This document shows, piece by piece, positions 38,201 through 50,200 of a stretch of DNA of 64,000 nt (positions are counted from its first letter, which is position 1; every line of letters begins with the position of its first letter). The stretch is from Phoronis australis (Eukaryota; Animalia; Phoronida), in NCBI GenBank assembly GCA_002633005.1, contig NMRA01000340.1:124001-188000 (forward strand). The letters are read 5' to 3'. Below the pieces are notes generated by a model that searched no databases, was not told the origin of the DNA, and saw only the letters and a program-made list of their open reading frames with translations. The position numbers and the translations under genes are program-made.

Positions 38201-41200
38201 TAACAGAATTCGTCGTCATGATGGGAAAACGATATTTTGTTTGATCACTTTTGTGTTTTACTGTACTTGACACAAGCGCTATATAATAAGGGATTATAAA
38301 TTATCATGATCGAATCCAATGTGCAATTAAATTAATAAAATAATTATTTCCAAAGAACTTTTTTATAAAGACACAATTTTTTGTGTAGTGACAAGATAAC
38401 CAGTATATGAAGTCACCTTGTCATTGGGAAACAATTTTACTGACCAATAGTTTATGCTAATTTATACTCAAGATCACCCAACACGGACATGTTTGGAATA
38501 CGGTAAGTCTGGCCAAATAAAATAATTGTTATTTAAAGCAACCCTAACAAGGTAAAAATTCGCGAACTACAGACTTCAGTTTTCTACAGCAGCGAATTTT
38601 GCCGCAGAAGCAATCAATGAACTCCACTAGGCCAGTAAGAATATGTGTGAAAATGAATATCACATGATTACCTTACTAATTCTTTATTATGTATCTTGAG
38701 ATGAAAGTTTATTTAAAGATGGTGCTGTCATGTGGCTATAAAACAGACCTTCCAATGCGTGGATATACATACAGTGATATTATGTTTGGAGGCAATTCCA
38801 TCTTGACCAGCAGCGTAGACATGTTCTTTGTAGAGGGCCAGACATAGAATGGACTGTTTGTGGCATTCGTCAAACACCAGAGGACCAGTGCAGGCCAAGG
38901 ACTATTAGAGGAAGATACAATACAACTTCAATGCAGCAGTTTTAAAATCAAAATGACAATTTACAATTGCTTTTTCCCAGGTTTTCAACATAATTTTGAC
39001 AAAGCAGGATGAATTTCAGATCAACAAAATTTGTCAGCTATTTTAAATCATGTGCTACTGCAAGTCAAATAACATGTAAGCACACAAAATGTCTCCTTCA
39101 ATTACAGAGACTTTAGTATCGAGAGATATGTAACAAAATTTTCTTAAAAGAATTGCAAGTGGAAGGATGGAGCCATTCTCACAAAAAAACCCACAAATCC
39201 CGCAGCCATTACCTCCTTTTCATTGGTCAGATTTCCCGAAAGCTTCACAGGAGGTCCCTCATCGAGTCCCTCAATTTCAACATCTGAGCTTTCCTCAGCC
39301 AACCACTCAGTGAGTTTCTTATAGACCCCATTCTTTTTCTTGCACTTCCGTGTTTTGCTAGGACTGCTACTCTGTTCCACGGTGCTGGTGTCGGAGTTCG
39401 ACTCCGATGTCCGAGTCAGACGCGTCGTCTGGTCTCGCTCTTTTTTCTTGCGCAGCTTCTTGCGAACTGGCGAGTCTGGATCAGGGTAGAACTGGGAAAC
39501 TCTTCGTCGATTACTGCACGTGCTCTGTGCAGAGTTGGTGCGCAGACTTCGTGCAGTCTCGAGCCTGTCGCTGGCATCCGTGTGTTGTTGGATGTCTTGC
39601 TCGCACTGCAAATGTGTATCCTCGGTGACACGATTGCTGGCAAGAGTTGAAACTACAATGACAGAACTGTCAGATGAAGTCTCTCCATCATTGCATGACA
39701 AGTTCATGTGCTGCTTGTCAGGCTTGGGTGCAGATGGCACTTTGAAGGAGCCAGATGTTTCCACAATTGAAGAAGGCTGTTTCCGATCGTCCTGTGACGG
39801 CTGATGACCCGCTTCAGACTCTGATAGTGGCTGTTCATGTGTCAGGTGCTGGAACTCGTCTTCGCTCATTATGCTATATGCATTGGGCTGGGAAAAGGCA
39901 AGGTATTTGGCAAATTCAACAGGCTTAACTTTCCCTAGGTATCTCATCTCCAAGCCGTCATCTGAACTTGACGCCACAGTGTCCAAGGTAGCCTTCTGTC
40001 CATACTGGCCACTAACCTTGGAGCCAGGAGGCTGAGAGTCCTTGTCTTCAGGTGGATTAGAGAAATTAAAGTGATGCTGAGAAGTGTCATGGCGTTCAGC
40101 CGCAGGAGACAACGGCTCAGACTTGACTATAGTAGTATTACTGCACGATGTGGAGGTGGGTTGGGAGTCAGTCTTTTCAGCAGATTTAACATAATTCGTC
40201 CTCGGGCGTGGTGTTGGTTTTACAGAAACCTCTTCTGGCAACTCCTTCTTGATAGCCACCGAGATAGATTCGACCAACTTCTGTTCAGCTGCTGTGGCCA
40301 GGCGCAAACCTGAGCTGTGAATCAGCGAGCCCGGAGTGACGGATCGCTCATTGCCATTGGCAACAGCAGTGCTAGTGGTAACCGTAGATTGAGATCCTGC
40401 TGGCGACGAAATGGAGGCAGAGGTGGAGGTTACGGCTCCTTGTAAAATGGATAGCCTTGACTTTCGCAAAAATTCTTCCCGCTTCGTTAGCTGAAATTAA
40501 CAACTGATATTGAAACTTAGTCCAACAAACATTGCCACTTTATATTCACCAACTCATCCTCCTTAACATTNACTTTCCCTAGGTATCTCATCTCCAAGCC
40601 GTCATCTGAACTTGACGCCACAGTGTCCAAGGTAGCCTTCTGTCCATACTGGCCACTAACCTTGGAGCCAGGAGGCTGGGAGTCCTTGTCTTCAGGTGGA
40701 TTAGAGAAATTAAAGTGATGCTGAGAAGTGTCATGGCGTTCAGCCGCAGGAGACAACGGCTCAGACTTGACTACGGTAGTATTACTGCACGATGTGGAGG
40801 TGGGTTGGGAGTCAGTCTTTTCAGCAGATTTAACATAATTCATCCTCGGGCGTGGTGTTGGTTTTACAGAAACCTCTTCTGGCAACTCCTTCTTGATAGC
40901 CACCGAGATAGATTCGACCAACTTCTGTTCAGCTGCTGTGGCCAGGCGCAAACCTGAGCTGTGAATCAGCGAGCCCGGAGTGACGGATCGCTCATTGCCA
41001 TTGGCAACAGCAGTGCTAGTGGTAACCGTAGATTGAGATCCTGCTGGCGACGAAATGGGGGCAGAGGTGGAGGTTACGGCTCCTTGTAAAATGGATAGCC
41101 TTGACTTTCGCAAAAATTCTTCCCGCTTCGTTAGCTGAAATTAACAACTGATATTGAAACTTAGTCCAACAAACATTGCCACTTTATATTCACCAACTCA

Positions 41201-44200
41201 TCCTCCTTAACATTACCAACTCAGATAGACTACTCCCGACTCAGAAAGTGGTCATTAAACGTAAAATCACCTTCTGAAAAATAACTAACATAATTGCAAC
41301 TCAAATGCAAAGAGGTTCACTAATAATAAAGACAAGGCATATTCTATATTTCATAAACTATAGATGCTACATGCTTGAGGACAATTAACTGCGAGTGAGA
41401 GGAGGCAGGGAGTGTTGCATGAATGCAGAACACATCCACCGTCACCCTTGACCTCTAACCCTTGACCCTCACTGGGATAGCACGGAGGTAGAATGTGTAG
41501 CATTAACACATCCACTCCCACCCTTGACCCCTCACCGGGAAAGCATGGAGGCGGAATGTGTAGCACGAACACATACCACATCCACTCTCACCCTTTACCT
41601 CTAACCCTTGACCATCACTGGGATAGCATGGAGGTACAATATGTAGCATTAGCACATCTACTCTAACCCTTGACCCTCACAAACCTGGGACAATTGATGC
41701 TGACATCTGACCATCTCCTCCTGAGTCTTGCGCAGAAGCATCTGCAGCTGACCAACGTGTTCTTCCACTGTACGCTTCTCTCGCAAAATTGCCTCCTCCT
41801 CCAGCGACATCTGTAGGACCCGATTCATCACGCCACCTTCAGGAGGCATGGTTTTACTTGCAAGCGAGTCGGTGGGCAACAGAGAAACTGAGGGTTGTGT
41901 GGTACAAGTTGGTCCTGTCTTAGAAATGGATGGAGCAGGTTCGCTAAGAGTGTTATTGTCCAGTGACACTGCTTCTGGCAACGCACTGGTACCAGCAGTG
42001 ACTGTAGCTGTATTATCTTCATTTCTGCCTGCAAAAGTCTGTTTCACTATGGTATCAATAAGTGCGATATCTTCAACAGACATGGCTAAACTCCCTTTAA
42101 CTGGTTGCTTCTTGCGTGGTTTAGCCACGGGACGCTTCAGCCTTTTAGATTTGGGAACTGACACGTCGGTCGCATCTTTAGCACAATGTGGGCTGACTTG
42201 GGCCTCCGAGGGCACTGCACAGGTTCCAGAGGTAGACACACCTTCAGGTTTTTCTGTTAGACTCTGTCTCTTTCTCTTTTTACCCAAAGTTGACGAACTT
42301 GTGAATTGATCCTATAATGTATCAATTTTAATTACTAAAACATCGCAAACCAACCTCATGCCTTACTTTTCAACAGGGTAGTTGAAGCAATGTGATTTCA
42401 TTTACAACAACACAACAAGTTTCTCATCTTTGTATGAATTCAAAGGTGATATGAGGTTCGTGATCAGTAATTTGCTATAGCATGCCTTCTGTAAAAATAA
42501 ACTTTAGATTTATTAAGTTACATATTGCGATGAAATTATATAAACGAAGTAATACCATATGATACAAAAGTAAGATGCTGAGAATGCCTTTCATTTAATA
42601 AACTAGGTACTATGTAGAAAACACACTATGAAGTAACACATAAACGAGACGAGTGTGATAACCAGCAGCAAACGACATGCTTTCATCTCTCCACAGAATT
42701 TTACGCAGTACATGCCAAAAGTATTCAGACAAAACGGCCAGATATTCCCCTTTACAAAAACTAGAGCATAAGCTATTTTCTTCATCTTGGTAACCTTTGG
42801 TCATGATCGTGGAATTATCAGAACATCAGCAAGGTGGAAACACTTGTTGAGCAATAAGAAATTTGCAACTATGACCCTTCACTGCCAGCCATTTTAGCAC
42901 TTAACAGTATTAGCCATCACAACAGAAAAAACAGCATTTTGTCAGAATATTTTTGACGCATACTGCATAATTTAGAGACAAAACCGAATGACTACCTTTA
43001 GCGTTTCTAATCGACCTCCTTCAATTGACAACTTTGAATCATGTTGAACGCTTGTTAGACTATGTGTCTGACCCTCCAGTTTAACTGCAAGAGGGGCAGA
43101 GGCCTTGACGGGAGCCAGGTGATCACCAGACACACCACTGTCAGCATTGCCACCAACATTTCCCAATAAGTTGGTTTTGCTATCACTGGCTTTTGTCAAA
43201 ACCTGTTGGTTCTCTGATACAGTTGGGACTTCATTGACTGTTAGTGATGAACTCTTCCTAGACTCGTACACTTTAGTTGTGTCACCGTCTGTTCCACTGA
43301 TTGTTGAACATGAACCCTTCACTGTCCTGGATGTCTTGGCTAGGTTGCTATTGGACAGCTGTCCTCTAAGATTGTTACAAGACATAGTCCATGAATTCGT
43401 CACATTTTCACTCTCCGAGTTATTCTTTCGTCGACTGGTGTCCGAGTGAATTTTTGAAGACCCTTCCTTAGTAATCGAGCAAGGAAATGGGAGGGAGGAG
43501 TCGAGCTCAGACCCACTGCTCACTTGTCCACTCTGTACTACATCACGGTGCGACCTGCTGCCGCCACCATGTGTCCTGTGTGACTGGTCCGTATCCTGGT
43601 CTGGTTGATTCTCAGGTTGGCCGGAGGACTCCAAACCGATTTGGGACACATCAGTCTACAAACAGTTGAAGGTAATTTAAAATGCAGTTGCAAACATTTC
43701 ACAAATTGCAAATCTGTGAATGCAAACAATTAAGGCAATTGTCAACCTTCACAAAGTTACTTTCACTTTTCATCAATATACTATATGTACTTTATCAACC
43801 CCTTAAATTCTGAATCCACCGTTGAGAATCGCACTAAGACTTTCTTTCCTCAGACAAATGACTGACAGCAGGGATATACTAGGCCATTCGCCCAGTCAAC
43901 AATGCGACTAAAAACGGTGCCATTCTTTTTTGATATGCGGCTTTGGAGTGGAATGCATGCCCTAAGTTGCCACACGGGAGTCACAGGAGTACAACTTACA
44001 TTGCCAACAATATGTGATAGACAGATGACACATACATATGTGCGTGCTCAGCCCCAGAGACAAGGGCTCGAGAATTTCTTCACGACTCAAAAATACAAGA
44101 CTGAAATACAAGTCGTATGCCGTGGTTTGATGATTGGTAGAGCTGTCATTTTCACGTTCCTTGTCTTTTGCGACAAAAAATGAGACGCGCATTGACAACA

Positions 44201-47200
44201 TTGCCAAGTCACGATCAACTGCCGAGGACATTACGCGCAAAGACCGGGAACGACCACTCTCACAGTGAGACATTGCTAGGGATATCTTGCATGAAAAATA
44301 AACGTTTTTCAAACACAAAGTTTGGTAAGTCGATCATTTAAGAATTAGCAGAAATATTGCTGTTTTGCAACATTTTATCACAGGTTTAATACTTAGTTCG
44401 CCGTAAGTGAAACAATCAATAGTGATCACAGATCTACGCGGACGTTAAATTTGTTCCCTTCCTCAAGGCGCTTTACCCCAGTGGAATGTTTATTTCTTAA
44501 TCGCGGTTACAAATTCGAAGATGCTTCTGACTGGACACGTGTCAAGATAATAAACGGCATATTGAAACATAATAATGCAACTTGTATCATACCACATCAA
44601 TTCCAAAATTTCCGACATGGTTGATTTTGCCATCTTTCTGGTGGTTCTTGAATTTGGGAAGGCCAGTGTAATTGTTGTGACCGACGTGAAACAGGCAACT
44701 ACTTTGGGCTGGGCCCAGTTGGCGAGTGGGGTATTGAAGCCTAGTTATATATCCCTCTGACAGTCCTGCTAAGACTACTCACCTCAGGCAAACGATTGAG
44801 AACAACAGTAGGCTGCAAACCTGTACTCCCAATGCATGCTGGGATATGTGGTAAGGTTTCCAACAATGGGAACATGGTCTGGAATGAAGCCAGAAATCCA
44901 CCTCATACAATGACAGTAATAAGAACCATTAACAGGTAAAATTAAACAAGTTAACTCTGAAGATATCTGAAGTTACCTAGGTCAACTTGCATGCCTTCAG
45001 CTTTCATATGCACAGAAGAAGAGACATGCAGCGTTTTTAATCCGCAACAATATTTTTCATTAAGAGCACAAGTCATGCAAATCTTCCTAGAAGTTTATCA
45101 TGGTCAAAAAACTAGCACTTTAAACATTTACTGGCCTGTTTCAACTAACATTCATTTGCAGCAAAAAATACCGGTGCTGACCCTTAATAATCAAGGCCCC
45201 CGTAGTCTAGGGGACAAAAATGTATATTAACTAAACAGCATTGCCATATAATATGAACAGGTTATTTGAGCACAGAAGAGGAACAATTATGCTACATTGA
45301 CCTTATTGTTTATTATAATAACATAAAATCACACTGAATAAAAAGCAAACTGGAAATGAATTCAACACAAAACCCCCGTATAGTCATTAAACAAGAAAAC
45401 ACAGAATCAGGACACAATAAACTACACTTCATTCCCATACACGGAAGCACAGATCATAACTTGTCTGTGTAGTATCCATCCTTGGGCCTCCTACACAGTT
45501 GGTCATTCGGTTATCGCCAGGATTCTGAGTGACGGCTTAACTGACCAATCATAACAAAGCATTCTTGACACACATTCGGTTCCAAGCTGCCATTTTACTC
45601 GACAAACTACACATGGACAGTGAAATAAAAAATAATAATTGCAGGCGGTCTGATACACGTTGTACCAGACGTGCGCAGGCCTCGCATGTGGGCCCATTGC
45701 ACTGATCACCTGGAAATATTTTTATGCTTCATTGATATATGGTTAAAACCGAGCTGAGGAGCTAGAAACCTGGCTCAAGCGTTTAGCAGTGTGACCTGGT
45801 GGGACTTGAACCCACGACCTCGAGTAAAGAAAGCGGGCACTTATCAACCAGGCCACACTGCCTCCTCATGGACAGTGAAAAGTAGAACTACTGTGTTCAG
45901 TACAAAGGGCTTCATGCCACCAGCTGACATGTTTGTGAGCCATTAGAACTAAACTTAATTCAAACCAACACAACCCACCTGTAGAGTCAATAGGTAATCC
46001 TTTGGTCGAATTGCCTGCAGGATAAAGAACCAGTTTTTCTCCTTCACAGATTTTCCAGTGGACATCACCAAAGACTTGACCAAAAAGTCTATTAAAAACA
46101 AAATTTTAATCCAGGTTACCACACATAAGAAGACTGGGCATTTCTGGGCCACATGCTATATGTTAATGACTTTGAGGACTAATGCAAATTGAATTTCATG
46201 TTGAGCCCTAAATAAGTGTTTCCAATTTGCTAAAAATCCTTCTCAAGAAGCTGTCAATCAAATGACTTCACATGAATATTTGTCATACAACTTTCAATCA
46301 TGAAACTAGAGTAGACTAAATAAATAGTTTCAATACCAAACAATCTAGTAGTATATGATTTCTAAAAATTCAGACAAGAGGAACACAAGAGAGATGATAA
46401 GCGCTCACCCACCGTGCGTATAGCATAGCGCAGATTTAAGGGCTTATCAGGAGCAATATAATAAAGATAAAACAGACTCTAGGGAGTGCAAAGCAAATAA
46501 GCTCTCCTCACTAGAAACACACTTGCCCCCTCATCATGATTCTTCAGATTCGAGGATTGAAGAGGGCAACAAAGAACTTGACAAAAACAATAACAAGAGC
46601 AACGAGGGGCGTTGTAATGCGGCCACGAATACATCGCAAATGGTATGCTTTTAGGGTTATTTATTTGTATAATAAAAATGGCCACTAGATGGCGCAAAAA
46701 CATACACTCCATCCCAAAACGGGATCATGCCATATTTCATAAAATCTGCCAAGGAACTTCAGAGAAACGAAGGAAAACGGAACAAAATGAAATTGCCACT
46801 TGTGGGCACAGCATCCGTTTGATCCGCCCGACAGTCATTGTCTGTTATCTACACATAAATTCACTTACTAAATTTAATAAAGATCCTGCAGTGGGTTTTG
46901 GAGATACAGTTATGGGCGAAAAAAAACAAAACAAAACTACCACTAGGAGGCGCCACAGTAGTCAGTCGCCATCATCAAACATCTTTTTCACAAAAAACAT
47001 ATAGGCCAATTTTCAAAACCATCCCCAGAATGATTTAGTTGATCGAGGGGTGGACGCCAAAAACAAGATTTGAAAACAACAAAAATGGCCACCAGGTGGC
47101 GCAAAATACCTCGATTCCATCCAAAAACAGGATGATAACGTCATCTCACCAATAGATGCCTATATTCAAAATTTTATGAAAATCTGTTGAGGACCTTCGA

Positions 47201-50200
47201 AGATACAGATTGGTAAACATAAAAAAATAAAATTGCCACTAAGGGGCACACCAAAAGTTAGATCTGTCCGAAAGTCGTCGTCGTCCATTGTCAACATCAT
47301 ATAAATACACTTACTAGTGATAAGCGCAAAAAAACAAAACTGCCATTAGGAGGCACCACAGTAGTCGAACTCATCGGAAAATCATCGCTAGCCATCCACT
47401 TCATAGTAAAAACATACACGCCAATTTTAAGAATTATCCTGAAGGCGGTTTGAATGATAGGTGAGTGGACGCCAAAAACCATACTTGAAAACAGTAAAAG
47501 AGGCCACTAGGTGGTACAAACAATCCATCTGAAAACAGAGAGATAGCGTCAACTTATTAACAAATGCCCGTATGCCAAATTTTATGAAAATACGTTGAGG
47601 ACCTTTGAACATACAGAGGTAAACGTAAAAAGATGAAATTGCCACTAGGTGGCACACCAGTAGTCAGATTCGTCCGAAAGTCATTGCCGTCCGTTGTCAA
47701 CATCATATAAATACACTAACTAAATTTAGTAAAGATCCTTTGAACGGTTTAGAACATACAGCCATAGGCGCAAAAAAAACTGCCACTAGGAGGCGCCACA
47801 GTAGTCAAAATCATCGGAAAATCATTGTCAGCCGTCCACTTCATAGTCAGAACATGTGCGAATTTTCACAATCATCCTTCGAGAGGGTTGGTTGATAGAG
47901 GGGTGGACGCAACAAAACAGACTCGAAAACAGTAAAAAATGGCCACTAGGTGGCGCAAACTATGTTGAATCCATCCGAAAACAGAAGGGCAGCGTCATCT
48001 CACTAAGAAGTGCCTATATACCAAATTTTATGAAAATCTGATCAAAACTTTTTAAGATACAGAGGTAAACATAAAAAACTAAAATTGCCACTAGGGGGCA
48101 CACCGGTAGTCGGATATTTCCGAAAGTTAGCTCATGCTGTCCCATCCATAGTAGGAACACGTGCAAAATTTCATGAAGCTACATCAAGGCATTTTAGAGA
48201 TAGAGCAGCGATGCCGGACGGACGGACGGAGATGACAGCATAATGCGTCCACATATAAATATCTGGGCGCATAAAAATCCACCAGGGGGCACAACTTAGG
48301 TCAAAACCATCTGAAACAGCACTTGTGCTGTTGTTTTCATGTACATTTCATTTTCCAAATTTCATGAACATCTATCAAGGAAATACAGAAATGTTGGATC
48401 AAATACTGGAATTTGCTTACTTGAGTTAGAGACATTACATTTTGTCTTTCATGGACTTCTGCTTGGCTACTGGTATTATTATCGTTCTGGTCAATAGGAA
48501 ATTTTTAGCCACCTATGCACCACTGGATATGGTTTTGATATTGATAAAGTCACTATCCTAGACTGCGAGGAGCATTTATTCAGAAGGGGTGTCAAAGAAG
48601 CTCCCCGGAAAGGCATCAAGCGCCCTCTATGAACAAACAAAGTTTATTAATGTTCAATCTGTCACACTTATGGGATAGTGTCCTGACCTCAATGCCGCAT
48701 AGTCTGGTTAAAACGCTACCTATTGACCAGAATGATAAGAACACCACCAGCAAAGCTGAATTCCGTGAGAAACGTCCACAACATCGCTAATGCAATTAAG
48801 CAAATTCCAGTATTCGACTTAATTTTACTGTATTTTGTTACATAACTGGATGTCTCGAAACTTCATGCTTTCCATCGAGGAACTTGGTAGATATCAAGAA
48901 CAACAAATTTGTAACTAGAGTACTGAGCAGTAGTCAGATTTGACTCAAAATCAAAGCCCAAGCTGTTGGCAAGCTAAAGACTATGGTCTGATATCATCAA
49001 CAGTTGTCACAAATCTGTCAAAGGGAGTGAAACAGGAACAGCAAGCAGCATGATACAACCTTACCAAAACCAAATTTTTCCTTTCATTTGTCCAGGTCTA
49101 TAATGGCGAATGCTTAGATAATTTCTCGAAAGTTCTGTCTGATGATGACTATGGTACATATTATTTTTAAAACATGGAAAAAACAGAAAACATTAACTTG
49201 GTGCATCATGTCTCGATAACTCCCATTATCAAACACACAGGAAATGAACATGCCTGTATTATACTCACCGCCTGTTAGAACCAGACATTTAAGAACACAC
49301 ATGCCAAATTTCATGAAAATGCTTCTAGTAGTTAAGAAGACACAATGCCAGTTAGACGCCTACGCACCACTGAGAGATGAGGGCAACATACATCCACATA
49401 TGCACGATATGCGGGCATGTACAAAGATTATGACAAAGAAAACAATGCTTCAAGGTTAGAAAACATTGTTTCAAAGTAAGAAAATGTGTCTTATAAAATG
49501 AAGTGTAACTTACGAGGTTTTTCCATATTTGGTCCAGTATACCATTTACTTTGTTCGTCGTAAGGACCAACATTAGAGCATTCACGGAAGAAGGTACCAC
49601 CCTCTGCCAGCTTATCGCAGTACATCTTGAACGTCTTAATGGGACAAAGACGACATCCAGTTAACGCGCGCATCTCTGGTGGGTCGCGGATCTTGAATTT
49701 TTTAGCAGTCTTGCTGGATTGAAGACGTCGACTAGAGTGTAGGAACTGTTCGCCAGCGGCATTTGTCCGAATCTCTAACCAATCTCGCTGCAGTTTTGCC
49801 ATTGTGCTACACCTGAACAGTAAAATCAGGTCTAGTGCCACCTTGGTCTGTAGTGCTTGTGGCGAGTGATCACCAAACTGCGGTTGTGTAACAAGCCTCT
49901 TTAATAAACTGGTGACGCAAGCCGGCTTGACAGCCTCCTCTTCTGGCTCGGGTTTCCTATTTTCCAGAGTGCTCAAACAGTCGAGGAAGACCTTGTTGGA
50001 AGATGAGAATTCCTCTTGGGTCAATATGTTCCAGCCACGTTTGAGGTGGAGCACGTATGACACGCTGTTGTGCATATCCTTGAACCATGCCACATTCAGG
50101 GGCTCGCCGCAAATTACTGTTTTCTGAGCCAAGGTCTTGTAAAACTTCTCTAAGCAAAGGTTGAGATCTACCAGTTCCACATTCCTCAAACCAGGGCGAA

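Noticed and set aside
40517-41113. 198-aa ORF as a separate paralogous gene
   Set aside because: Near-identical to part of the adjacent exon and bounded by an N; probable haplotype overlap.
45750-45865. Functional tRNA gene (also ~37410-37490)
   Set aside because: Only A/B-box remnants, with diverged dispersed copies and no complete cloverleaf; treated as SINE.
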